Source of the DNA: Octopus vulgaris
Taxonomy: Eukaryota
NCBI GenBank assembly: GCA_951406725.2
Contig: OX597825.1
Location: 39,060,001-39,124,000, forward strand
Reading direction: 5' to 3'
DNA: 64,000 nucleotides
Position numbers and translations under genes: made by a program. Positions 12,560 to 25,567 of this stretch are shown here, one piece after another (within the stretch, counting starts at the first letter, position 1; each line of letters opens with the position of its first letter). Below the pieces are notes generated by a model. It saw only the letters and a list, made by a program, of their open reading frames with translations. It was not told the DNA's origin and made no database searches.

Positions 12560-14571
12560 ATATTAGAAAAAATGAGGTACTCAGGAATTCGGATGGTTTT
12601 ATATCTGCAGATATTTATTTCTATAATACATGTTTTTATACATCATATAACTTATATCATATATCACGTATTAGCGCTTTCTCCCATTGTAGTGGGGTTT
12701 TCAAATCGAACTATGTTCCTGTGAAAAAGTTTTGATCATTTTATAGTGTTATAGAGTGTGTAGTGTTGGGAAGGGATGTAAGATAATACAAGAGTTGTTG
12801 AAGGAGGAGAAAATGAGCAAGAGAGAAAGAGCATATGCGTGTGTGTGCGTGTGTGTACGTGTTTGTGCGTGTGTGTGTGGTCCTTCATCTGGTACAGCTT
12901 ATTATAGAGATATTTTCAGCCATTCAATTTCTGGGGGAACTTAGTTATGAACTATTTTTCCACATTCCTCCTGAAGGAGGTGTCATTCTTTGGACATTTG
13001 TAGAAGGGAAAGTTCTTAAATTTTCTTTCACATGTATCTAGATATTTACTCGGTGGTACCTTGCACAGTTCCTATTGTCGGACATGTTGTCGGTGAATCG
13101 TGGCTCCTTGGCATAACGAATTTTCAGTTTCACCTATGTAATCCTCCTTGCACGTGGGGCAGGTTACGCAGTATATTACGTTCTGCGTCTTGTAGTTCAT
13201 AACTGCATTCATTTTAAATATGTGACCACTTTTAAATTTCATTTTTTTGCTTCCTTTTATGTATTTGTAGGTGGGGTTACTGCAGATCCCACATCTACCA
13301 TCTCCGCACTCTTTTACAAAGAATTCAGTTTTAGTTTCTGATGAGAATTTCGCTCATATTAGATGTTTCTTTAGGTTTTTGTCTTGTCGTCTACTGTTTT
13401 TTATGCAATATTTGTTTAGTATGTTTTCCATTTTGAGGCTTTGTAAAACTATTGGTAGGTTTGAATGTATGATTTGGAACATGTTGGTAACTCCAGGGTT
13501 GTGTGTGTTTATGAAAGGTATAATGTTTTCTTTGTTTTTTGTTTTGGGTGTCCTGAGTTGTACGATGTCTAGTTTCATTGGTCTTGAGATTCCATTTTTA
13601 TTAGTTTAAGGGGGTATTTTTGTTCTAGTAGGACGTTTTAAGTTCATCTAGTGTTATTAGGCGTGTTTGTGAGTCAGTTACTATGCTACATATGCGTCTT
13701 GCCATACTATATGAGATGTTTCTTTTTATGTGGGATGGGTGGCAGGAGTGGAAATTTAAATATTGGTGTGTGTCGGTTTTTTGTAGTGGATGTCTGTTGT
13801 GATGATGGTGTTGTGTATCTTGATGTTGATGTCTAGGAAGGGAAGTTCGTTGTGGCTGGTATCTATTGTAACGTTGATAGATGGGTGCAGCGTGTTGAGC
13901 ATGTTGTGGAATGTTCGAAGGTCTTCTTCTGCTCTGTTCCAAAAGATGAAGCAGTCATCGAGGTAGCGCTTCCAATTTTTCTTGATGTCTTCCCTGAAGT
14001 CGTGTTCGAAGTCTTTCACTATTTAATCGTACAATTTGTTCTCAAGGAAACTCATCACCAGGTTGGCATATGAAAGTACGAATGTTGTACCCATAGCCGT
14101 GTCCTTTAACTGTCTGTATGTTTTGTTGTTGAGTGAGAATGTATTTTCCTCGAGTATTAATTGGGTGGCTTGGGTGATAAAGTCTGTCTTGAAACGTTCG
14201 TCTATGAGTTCCGTGTATTTTCCTACCGATTGTTTTATTGCTACCTAGGGTGTTTGGTATGTTCGTGTATATGTTTGTGGCATCGAAGCTTGTAAGTATG
14301 GTGTTTTTTGGAACTGTATTTGGAATGTGTGTCAGGACGTCTATGTCATTCCTTATGTAGCTTGGTATCTGTAAGCATAAATGTTTGAGGAGTACATCTA
14401 TGAAGTGGCTTAGTTGTTGTGTTGGTGCCTGGGGTCCTGCCACTATTGGCCTCATTCTGAGGCCTGCAGGCCTTTGTATTCTTATATAGTGGTTCCTCTG
14501 TTCCTTTATGGCTCTCTATATTTCAGAGCTTTTATGAAATTTAGGTAATCCATAAAAGTTGCTATCTTTGG

Positions 14572-14572
<1 letters not shown>
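12560..14572 (-). mobile_element. Penelope-like retroelement (RT + GIY-YIG), frameshifted
   Basis: RPIVAG, SFDATNIYTNIP, GTAMGT, WKRYLDDCF, LPFLDI, TDTHQYLNFHSCHPSHIK, IPFINTHNP, then CGDGRCGIC and VIYCVTCPTCKEDYIGET. Confidence 0.95.
12666..12708 (-). ncRNA. Hammerhead-like motif (U3-A8 core) in the 3' end of the PLE
   Basis: Minus strand: cgat-TTGAAAA-cccc-actacaat-ggga-GAAA-gcgc-TA-atacg. Stems are imperfect. Confidence 0.45.
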
Positions 14573-14637
<65 letters not shown>

Positions 14638-14919
14638 TTATATACATGTATATATGTTATGTGAGATAATAGTTTCACTTTTGACACGTAATACCGAAAT
14701 AATCTTAGGGATTATTCCGGGCTCACATTAGGCAGAAATTTGAAAATATTTTTGTACCTTGTCACTGCATTGCCTTTACGTTGTGCATATGTAAAATTTG
14801 AATGAAATACTTTTGGTGCTTCTCGAGTTTTTGTGATGCACATTCACAGACACATACACAGATTGAAGTGAATATATCAAAATATATATATTCTCCTTGT
14901 AATATTTGTCAATCCTACA

Positions 14920-15130
14920 TGGGTCGAGAAGGCTGATTCGTTAACGCGTCTGGCATAATCCTTAGCTGTGTTTCGTACGTCTTCACGTTCCGAGTTCAAA
15001 TTTTTCTGAGGTTGACGTTGTCTTTATCGTTTCTGGATTGATATATTAAGTACCGGTTGAGTTGTTGGGTCGATGTAACCGACTTACACAATCTCTCCGA
15101 ACTTGCTGACATTTTACCAATATTTGGAAT
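14920..15130 (+). mobile_element. tRNA-derived SINE (Meta-domain-like)
   Basis: B-box-like gagttcaaat, followed by ...ttaagtaccggttgagttgttgggtcgatgtaaccgactt. Confidence 0.75.
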
Positions 15131-16067
15131 GAAGATTTTTACCCGACGCATATATTCGAGATAATTTAGAGGAATTCAGCGCATTTCCATAATAACCTAT
15201 GGGTTTACGTTATCAACAAAACGCCGAAAAGATCCGATGAGAAACTATCAATTCAAGTGAAGAGTGATTCAGTCGATATAAGTTGTTTGAGCCGATGTAA
15301 TGTAAAAACATAGTGAAATACACATTAGTCAAAATGACGCGAAAGCGGATGTAAACCGAAATCGCACACGAACGCAATCATCTTTTAAGCTACTCGTATA
15401 TTTATTTGCCACACATAAATTGAGCTTCATCATAAGGAAGTTGCTTTCTAAAGTAATGATTCAATCAGGATCTGCTTAATGCATTTGAATGACACTTAAT
15501 TTTCTGATTCTATACCGATTCTATACACCCAGTACACGGACAGGAAGTTAATGCATTTCAGGATTAATGTTAGCATATTTAAAGCCTTTTAGCAATAGCC
15601 GATACTTAGGTAATACAAAGTGCAACGTCTATTACGACCGTGCAGAAGCAACAACAGTGTCAGTGATAAAATTAAATCCATAGTTAAGATGTAAGTCAAA
15701 TTACACATTCAAAGAAGATCAACTGGCATTAAAAATCCCATACAGTGAACTTACTTCCAAGATTGATAGTATATGTGTAAAAATAACATTAATATTCACG
15801 GAGCTTAAAACTACTAGGATGCAAAGGAAAAACAACTTTTGATCAATTTGAAGTACTAGTGGTGGCCTTCAAGGGGAGAAACTTATATAATGATATGTAG
15901 ACGATCCTTTAAGGAGTAATACACTTATTACGTACAAATGTAAATATGAATATATTGTAGTAAAACTCTAAAATGACTTTTATTTTGTTTAAAAAGAAAG
16001 ATGGATTTGAGAACTAGGTTAGTGTCACTCGTTTTTAAAGCTTTCACGGTTAAAGGAAATAAATGAT

Positions 16068-16292
16068 ATTGGTTTCCAATTTTGGAACAAGGCAAACAAT
16101 TTTCGGTGGAAAGAATGTCAGTGACATCGACCTCAATTATTGAGTAGTATTTATTTTGCCGTTAGCAAAGGAGATAAAAAGCCAAGTCGACCGCGGCGAA
16201 TTTGCACTCAGATCATAAAGAGGCATACTCAGATCATAAAATGCTGCTAAGCAGCTTTCCGATGAGCTAAGTTTTCTGCCATCTCACCGCCT
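16068..16292 (-). mobile_element. tRNA-derived SINE (same family)
   Basis: caagtcgaccgcggcgaatttgcactcag, similar to the copy at 19165. Confidence 0.75.
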
Positions 16293-16456
16293 TTACAATT
16301 TAAATAATTATAACAATTCACTGTAATAAAAGCTGATAGATAAGTTATGGCTGCTACCTAACTCTCTCGTAATCTCTCGATATACGCTCATAAAAGGCAG
16401 TTTTACGTGGGGTTTTTAGAACGAATAACAGATGACTGAAAACTAACATATATATA

Positions 16457-17737
16457 TATTGGGTTGTCCGGAAAGTTCATGCCGATTTATAGTGGCTTAC
16501 GTTTCGACTTATTTTAGAACATGGATGAGTCCATAAAATAGGATCTGACTACACCTCCATTTAGAACACAATTTAAGCTATCTTTTCGTGGAAGAAGGTT
16601 TATGTTCCTATAACCTGTGCTAATTCTGTAACCCTTTAAATTGGAAGATAAGAAAGTTCATTTTCGGCTATTGATGCTTTTCTTTTCCGAAAAGGGAAAA
16701 ATGCCTCACAAGCAACCAAAGGAATATGAGCTGTTTACGGTGACGTTTAATTATCCGAAAGAATTGTACGGAAGTGGTTCGCAAGGATCCGAGATGAGAT
16801 TGTAGCCTTATTGGTAAAGAGCGATCAGGTAGAGAAATCACTACAGTTGATGACCAAATCAAGTCATTAATTGGGAATAACCCACATTGCACAACCCGAA
16901 AATTAGCAGAAAGACTCAACCTATCAAAATCCGTCGTTCAGGAGCATCTGGTAAAGTTTGGGTACACAAATTGCTACGATGTTTGGGTACGACATGAGTT
17001 GAGTGAGAAGAACCTTTTGGATCGCATTTCCATTTGTGATTCGCTTTATAAACGAATTAAAACGCCACTTTTTGAAAGAAAATTGTGACAGATGATGAGA
17101 AATGGATTATCTACCGAAATGTTCAGAGAAAGTGATCCTGGAGTAAGAGAAATGAGCCACCTTTAGCCACCCCAAAAGTGGGTCTTCACCCTACAGAAGT
17201 CTTGTTTTGTATCTGGTGGGATTGGAAAGGAATTCTGTACTATGAACGTCTCCCAAGTAACCAGACTATTAACTCTGAGAAATACTACACACAAATGGAC
17301 GAGTTAAAAGCAGCAATTCAAGAGAAACGTCCAGAATTGGCCAACAGGAAGGGCGTTGTTTTCCAAAATGATAATGCAAGACAGCACTTTTCTTTGGTAA
17401 CCACACAAAAATTGCTGCAGCTCGGCTGTGATGTGTTACCTCACCGTCCGTATTCACCAGATATTGCTCCTCGGATTTCCACTTATTCAGGTCTCTGCAG
17501 AATAATCTTAATGGTAAAAATTTCAATTCCTTGGATGATGTAAAAAGATACCTTGTTGAATTCTTTGTCATGAAACCACTTCAATTCTGGGAAGAGGGTA
17601 TTTTCAAGTTAAAAGAAAGATGTAGATGTATTGTGCAACACAATGGTCCATATTTGGTTGCTTATAAATGGTATTTAAATAATAATATTTATTGACCTTT
17701 TTCCCTTTTGAAAAATCGGAACGAACATTCGGAGAAC

Positions 17738-17743
<6 letters not shown>
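16457..17743 (+). mobile_element. Full-length (~1.29 kb) mariner with TIRs in a TA context; transposase pseudogene
   Basis: TIRs ttgggttgtccggaaagttcatgccgattt and aaatcggaacgaacattcggagaacccaa. Peptides VWVRHEL, IVTDDEKWI, CIWWDWKGILYYE, QNDNARQH, YSPDIAP. Confidence 0.95.
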
Positions 17744-17792
<49 letters not shown>

Positions 17793-17951
17793 AACAAGTT
17801 GCTCTGCCGCATACCGAAAGAATTCGAAATAGCAGTCAAAGACTGTTTATTTCCATTTTCTACAAGTGGGGGCCCCATATACGACATAACCCTGCAATTC
17901 ACGTACGTAAAATAGAAGGAGTAAATAAACGAAAACAATGACTTATCGTTA

Positions 17952-18012
17952 ATGGTGAACATGTTTATAGATCGTAGGCGAGAAATTGCCTTATGTTTTT
18001 CTTCAGCACCAT
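17952..18012 (-). ncRNA. Hammerhead, inverted copy (G12 mutated)
   Basis: Minus strand: atggtg-CTGAAGA...tcta-TAAAC-at-GTT-caccat. Confidence 0.55.
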
Positions 18013-18368
18013 CTTCGTTAGATTTATCAAATGCCACCAGCCTCCACTTTTGACCAGACGTCATCAAATAGAAGTTCCACAGAAGTTCCCGCCGCTAAAG
18101 GTCATATTTACATACCGAAATCTACCGGTAAATAATTGTTGGTTGTCTGAAAAACCATCGAAAAAATTATTTACCCCTATTATTATATTACTAATTGGAT
18201 TTTTCACTCCCTTACGACTATCCCGGTGGTGCGCATGGCAGAATTTTGGTGGGAAAATTTACGGATTCAATCGTCTACTAAGTTTTAGCCTATGCTCACT
18301 TTCCCCCCACTATTTGATGACGCCTGGTCAAAAGTGGAGGCTGGTGGCATTTGATATATCTAACGAAG

Positions 18369-18429
18369 ATGGTGCTGAAGAAAGACATTAGGCAATTTCT
18401 CACCTACGATCTAGAAACATGTTCACTAT
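18369..18429 (+). ncRNA. Type I hammerhead with canonical core
   Basis: atggtg-CTGAAGA-aaga...tcta-GAAAC-at-GTT^cactat. Palindromic AACATGTT at stem III. Confidence 0.75.
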
Positions 18430-18752
18430 TAACGGTAAGGCATTGTTTTCGTTTATTTACTCCTCCTATTTGGCGTATGTGAATTGCAGGGTTATGTCGT
18501 ATATGGAGCTCCCACTTGTAGAAAATGGAAATAAACAGTCTTTAACTGCTATTTCTAACTCTTTCGGTATGCGGTAGAGCAACCTGTTGCCTGCCCTTTT
18601 GCATATATATAGTATATATACTGAACTCCACAGAAGTTCCCGCCGCTAAAGGTCATATTTACATACCGAAATCTACCGGTAAATAATTGTTGGTTGTCTG
18701 AAAAACCATCGAAAAAATTATTTACCCTTATTATTATATTACTATATACATA

Positions 18753-18810
<58 letters not shown>

Positions 18811-19048
18811 AAACACCTTTCATTAATTCAATAATGAAACATTACATTATACCATTTACAAAAATTACATATTATAGAAAGATTAAATATAAGATAAAAC
18901 ATATAACAATGATTAATATGCAAAATAGTAAATAAAACGTATGTATTTGTTAAAATAACGACACGTGTTTCGTGGGTATATTTAAGAAAGGATAATAGTA
19001 ATAATAGTAGTAAAATCACTTCAATATAAATATACCCCCTCTACACAA

Positions 19049-19121
<73 letters not shown>

Positions 19122-19164
19122 CATTGTGTGTGTGCGCGTGCGCGCTTTCCGCGCGGGCTAATGA

Positions 19165-19380
19165 TGCAATTCCACTCTAGGCACAAGGCTCGAAATTTTG
19201 GATGAGGGAACTAGTCGATGCGAACGACCCCAGGCCGCAACTGGTACTTAATTTATCGACCGCGAACGGATGAAAGGCCAAGTCGACCTCGGCGGAATTT
19301 GAACTCAGAACGTTAAGACAGACGAAAAACCGCTAAGATTTTCGGTCGGTTGCTAACGATTCAGCCAACTCGTTACCTGA
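19165..19380 (-). mobile_element. tRNA-derived SINE (Meta-domain-like)
   Basis: ctggtacttaatttatcgaccgcgaacggatgaaaggccaagtcgacctcggcggaatttgaactc. Confidence 0.8.
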
Positions 19381-19598
19381 ATATAAATAATATTGACTAA
19401 ATAATAATTATTCAGAGGAGTAAAGAGCCGTTAGATAACATCAAACAGGTATCTAACTCTCTTGTAATTCCGAGATATACGTTCATTAACTGGAAATGGA
19501 TTAAAGGCACAGTCTAGGTGCAGGTGTTAGGACGAATAATAGAGTACTAAAAAGCAGCATACACACGCAGGCGCACGCACACAAACATGCATACATAC

Positions 19599-19645
<47 letters not shown>

Positions 19646-20531
19646 ACGTATATATAAATGTATGTGTATGTGCGCGTGTGTGTATATGTATATATATTTT
19701 TGAACTGTTGCAGAGAAATAATGAAACCAAATTGAAAAGAGAGAAAATAGATTTGAACGGTGAGCTGAAATGTGTAGAGAGGAATTGCAGGACACTAATA
19801 GATTAGAGAAAATCCTCTATATAGTCTAAAGATTTAAAATTAATATCATTACTTTCAATAACATGACGAAGGATTGGGTGTTAATGGTTATATACTTTGC
19901 TTTACGCCTATTCTTGACACATCTCAACAGTTGAATGACTTGGTAATTAGCAGTAATTCACAGATGAATTCCTTTTAAATTGCAATGGCTTTCGCTTCGG
20001 TATTCGCTAGCAAACATGCTTCAAGTTATAAAATACCATAAATCATGGTGTTAACTTATTTATTGCAGTTACTGCAGCCGAAACTATATGAACAGCATCA
20101 AAAGCAACAAATACAACAGAGGCAAGACAGAGGCAACCACGGTGGAGAAGACACATTAACTGTAAACGTAGAAGCATTAATATGTAATTCATTAACACGT
20201 ACCTGCTTCGCTAAATATTGAAGTAGACTTGCCTGTAGATGAGTATGTGTACACTAATGTATATGTTTGTGTGTCTGCGCGGGTGCGTGTGTATGTATGT
20301 GTGGGTGTTCAATCAACTTAATCACTTTGCCGTCACATAAGTTGTAATATTATAACAAAAAAACTAAATCAGTTAGTACTTTTATTCAACTTATAATACA
20401 TCAGAATTGCCTCCAACGTCGCCATAACCATTAGTCATAATGAAACACTTCCAGAGCATTTACTAATATTCGACAACTCCATCGCCGGAACAACAACCAC
20501 AACCGAAACAGTGCTCACTTAATTCTTCTTC

Positions 20532-20577
<46 letters not shown>

Positions 20578-20594
20578 ACATCATCATCATTAAC

Positions 20595-21570
20595 TTTGCT
20601 GCACTCATCTGTGTTTCTTGCCTTCAGGAAGATTCATCCAGAACTCTCGAGATAAGTAGATCCAGTTTTGTTCTGAGACATCCACACCATGCAGGTCTCT
20701 CAGGTTTTTGTGGGAGGATATAGAAGAACTGTGAGCCATTGATTCCCAAGCTGTTGCAGTATCTGTTCCTGTATTCTGGATATAGGATATTTGGTACTAC
20801 GCATTGGCATCACATCCTGCTAGTCATGTAACTCAGGAAGCCAAAGGTTGCCACGATATTTCCTATGATTTGCCAGCTGCATATTACTGCATATTTTTAA
20901 CACCTTCGCTCCAACGAGTAAAGTTTTAACTCGCAGATTCTCTCAGCATTGTGTCTATTTTCTTTGTATAGCTTCGCTGGTGTAACTCGAGTTTTGTGGT
21001 TAATTATGTACTGCTTTGTGAACACACCTGGGAGCAGTAATCTTGTCAGCTGAGAACGAAACTCCTCCAGAGGACCATCACGTTATTCACTTCTCTAGTG
21101 TTAAAAGTTCGAGGGATCCATCCGGCCAAACGTCTGAATTCTATTGCCAACTTGGTAATGTGTACCTGGAGAGATGCATCATTACACATGTCGAGGTCCA
21201 GGTCATGCACTGATTTTGATGCAATGATTGCAATCAATCCGGGGTCAATGTATCCTGTCTGATTCTCATTGAGCTTCCTGTATTGGTAGTGCAGGGCTTC
21301 AAATTTTCCAAACTTAAACTGCATGCTATTTGCCTCAGCTCACCTGTAATTTGCACCCAGATCACGTTGGACATGCGGAACGTCTCCAGTGTTCTGTATG
21401 CTGAGAGATTTTTGTATCGTCTGCAGAGCTAGCAAGAGTGTGACCACTTGAGCAGCTGAGTGCATGTCAGAGAGGGCCACTATGAAAGGCAGCGGGCCCA
21501 GGTCAGTGCCCTGGGAAACAATATTCATTATTTGCGTTTCCTCGGATGTGGCTCCATTGAACAACACTAT
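20595..21570 (-). mobile_element. CR1/L2-group LINE, 3' RT fragment
   Basis: [49 protein letters not shown]. The 3' end lies next to (CAT)n. Confidence 0.75.
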
Positions 21571-21597
21571 CTATTAGAATTCATACACCCTCCCATT

Positions 21598-21711
<114 letters not shown>

Positions 21712-21733
21712 CATATATACATACATACATACA

Positions 21734-22853
21734 TATGAGGGGCAGCAAGAACATTCATAGTGTGACAAGGAAAGTTTAATTTAATATGACCAAATAGGAT
21801 TTATTCTTCAACATAGTTACACTCACCCCCTTGTGGTCTAAATTCTTCCATCGGTGTTGCATCACATGGATCCAATTGATGAAAAAGCTTTCTTCTTGTT
21901 GATGAAAGAAGTCATTGATAGCAGATATGACGTCATCATCAGTGTGATATTGGTTCACAATCAAGTGCTGTTCATGCTGAGAAAAGGATGATAGTCAGAT
22001 AGGGCTAAATGAGGAGAATTAGTGAGCGGGGTTATCCGGTTGACGCACAAAATCTGCAGGCTAGATATTTTTTCTTGGTGAATCAAATCAGTTTTCTGCA
22101 ATTTGTTCTTGATTGCCTTTTATAACTGCTTCTGGAAGTTGGCATATAACTATCCATTATATGTTGTGAACCTTTGTGAAGATAGTAGTTACACAGACCA
22201 CATTTTGCATCCTATAATCTGACACCATCGCCTTCCCTGCAGACAAAAATAAAACTTTACCATCTTTAGAGCAGGTGTGGTGCGTCTACACTCTTTGTAT
22301 CGTCTCGTTTTTTCAGGCTCAAAGTGATGAACCCATCATGCCTCATAACTTAGGAAACGTTCGAGGAAACCAGTTTTCTAAAGTATCCGTTTTCTTATTG
22401 TTGAGCCAAATTCTTTGCGCAGAATATACTCAACTAACTCACAGAATATGTTAAGACCATCGGCTATTTTAATTTTATTCAATACCCCCACACCCATCAT
22501 GATGTGGTGAACATGATAAATGTTTTGCTTGATGGTAACGATTGTTGGTGTGCAATACTTGAGTCAAATTCAAGACCCTCCCTTCCCTTCCTCAAGCCAC
22601 ATTTGCACTGTTGATAAACGAGGAGCGTCACCCACTCGTTAGCAATCATATGAGCATGAAAGAAGTTGGGGTCTAATATCTGTTTTCTGTAAGTACATAA
22701 CAGAACAATACCAACTTTTGTCCATTTTCGAGAGAAGTGGTAACTAGTTACATTTAAAATATTTTTAGAACAATCACGCCTTAGTTTACCTGGAAATAAA
22801 CAATGCAATTATTGCCAGCTCTAGCAACGCTCATTTCAGAGTCATCCTCGTGA
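21734..22853 (-). mobile_element. Decayed mariner (irritans-like TIR tayGAGG)
   Basis: Ends tatgagggg...catcctcgtga. Peptides SPHLALSDYH and DDDVISAINDFFHQQEESFF..MQHRW. Confidence 0.75.
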
Positions 22854-22908
<55 letters not shown>

Positions 22909-22977
22909 CATATATATACGTACATATATAGATTTATACATATATATATATATATTTATACATATATATATATATTT

Positions 22978-23042
<65 letters not shown>

Positions 23043-23115
23043 CATATATACATATGTACATATATGGATTTCTGGCTAAGAAACCTATTGCCCACATCTT
23101 TTATTTATATATATA

Positions 23116-23208
<93 letters not shown>

Positions 23209-23397
23209 CCACAAAAGAGCTTTGACAAAATAAATTTGTTTAATCTGTTTATCGCATGCTTATTTGAAAGGACCAATGAAACAAATCTATCATTTTAAAG
23301 GTGTACCCTTGAACAAGTTTTGATCATATCGTTATTTCTGGGAACTTGAAACTCTGAGTAACACATTTTGTTATATTTCTGATGCTTTTAAATAAAG

Positions 23398-23472
<75 letters not shown>

Positions 23473-24786
23473 TCAAAGAAAAAAAACACATATACACCCG
23501 TAATAGCATTCCAACAATCAAAACAAGCATTCACAGAAGCACACACACATAATAACTCAGAGCAACCTGACAATCAGAAAATTCAAACTCACAGAAACAT
23601 ACCCACACATACACACACACACTACACAAATAATACTAATAGAACACTCACAAAATACACCCAAATATACATACATACCGCAGAGAAAAATAACATACAC
23701 ATAAACTTGCACATGTACACACACACTCACACACACATACATATATATGCACCCGCAGCCATCCATACGTATGCAGACTCACACCCAGTTATACCACCCG
23801 GATAATTAAAACAATACACACTAAAACAGACACACACTCACATAAACTCACGTGCTCGCACACACCACTCTAACCAACAGATCACACACATAGACGTACA
23901 TATACACACACACGAACAAAAACAGACACACACATACACACACGTGTACACACACAGCACTCTGACATACAAATCACACACATATACACACACCACACTG
24001 CTAAATATAAGACACACATATACACAGACCCATACATACACACACACCACACTGAACTCTAAGATCTGTGTAAAACCACCACACACATACGCAAGCATAT
24101 ACACACACAGAACCGTGGACACGCACACACGAGTACACATACACGCAAACCATCTTGAACTCTAAGACCAATGGAAAAATCACCGAACCATGGCCGACTA
24201 GCCGCAAAAGAAAAAAATCCTTTCCTTTCAACAAACTATTCGAAATCAGATCATGTGACTGCTCCCATCCTACCTCCCACACTATTACTAAAAATAGCGA
24301 CCATCCTGGCGAAACACATGCATAAGACTGGAGATGAAGGAAAAAGGTTAGTCATTCCTCTAAAATCCTTATTAATAATTATGATTTCTGATGAACTTTT
24401 CATAATAGGTGAATAGGTATGCAGATTAAAGTCTTGAAAAAAGATATATTCAGTAGATGTGAAATGTCAGAAGACAGTTAAAGGTCGAATTTTATGGACT
24501 GGTAGAAATCTCTTAAAGGAACTAGAGGTATGCTTTTGCCAAAAGCGTTTCGAAAACGTGTTTACAAGATGCTTCGGTTAAAATGTCTTATTGATGTTTT
24601 ATTTATGCAGTTTGTTTCTCTCTTTTCGTCTGATAAGAATTTTGCATTGTTTTACATCATTTTATTCCTTCTGGAATAATACCAATGTTTTCTTTGAAAC
24701 ATATGTCGGAAGTATATAGATTTCAATAACACATGCGTTCAATTCCATTTATTTATTTATCTCTCTTTCTCTCTCAGATCGTTATA

Positions 24787-25507
24787 TATCACATCGTTGA
24801 GAATGAAATGTCCGATTTTGAACTGAAAGTATAGTTTATTTTATCTCAACAAAAGCAATGCAGTTAGTCAAAATGTGCACATTATTTATCATCACAATTT
24901 TGCTATTATATCGGTAGCTTATTTATGCCGTCATCACAGAATTCTGGAGAGCAAGAGGTGATGAAATCACGAAAAGCTGTTTTTGCATCTTCTTCAGATT
25001 TTATGTTTTTCTCCGCAAAATTTGTCTATTCCCTAGAAAACATGATTGTCTGTTGGTGCAACGTGTGGTGATATGATGGATGACAGTATACTACCAAGTT
25101 TCGTCACTGTAACTTGAGAAGCGTTCTTTGAGCAACATGTTGTCGAACATTGGCTTGCAAGAGAACATTGAACAATATCGGATTTTGCAAGTTCACTCAG
25201 CATTCCATCCAACTGGTTAATATAAACATCCGCTGCAAATGACTTACCAGGTCTCATTAAGCTGTAATGCATGAAACAAGCGTTGGACCTCTAAACAAAC
25301 ACCATAAACTCGTTTGGGGGAATACTCAGTTTTGTTTTGTATTTAGGCACTTCATCTCTATGCAACCTCCTGCAGAACGCTTGTTATTGTTGGAAAGAAT
25401 CCATTTGCCATCACGCTGTAAGAAAAAGAATTTTCAAGATAAAACGTTATAGTTAACGAGTGTCAAACTTGGTGCATAAGAAGATAGAACATTTCATTCT
25501 TAACGAC

Positions 25508-25513
<6 letters not shown>
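24787..25513 (-). mobile_element. Internally deleted mariner (~727 bp)
   Basis: TIRs tatcacatcgttgagaatgaaatgt and acatttcattcttaacgacctgata. Peptide ADVYINQLD...SPHVAPTDNHVF. Confidence 0.85.

Positions 25514-25567
<54 letters not shown>

Larger units (their letters stand above)
17793..18743 (+). repeat. HHR-bearing ~551-bp unit (1.2 tandem copies) with a 5' inverted 279-bp copy
   Basis: 17793-18071 is the reverse complement of 18310-18588. 18076-18193 is directly repeated at 18627-18743. Confidence 0.9.

Noticed and set aside
24385-24475. CTGATGA motifs at ~24388 (also ~48064, ~54450 and ~62143)
   Set aside because: No convincing GAAA, stem III or stem I partner was found by eye.
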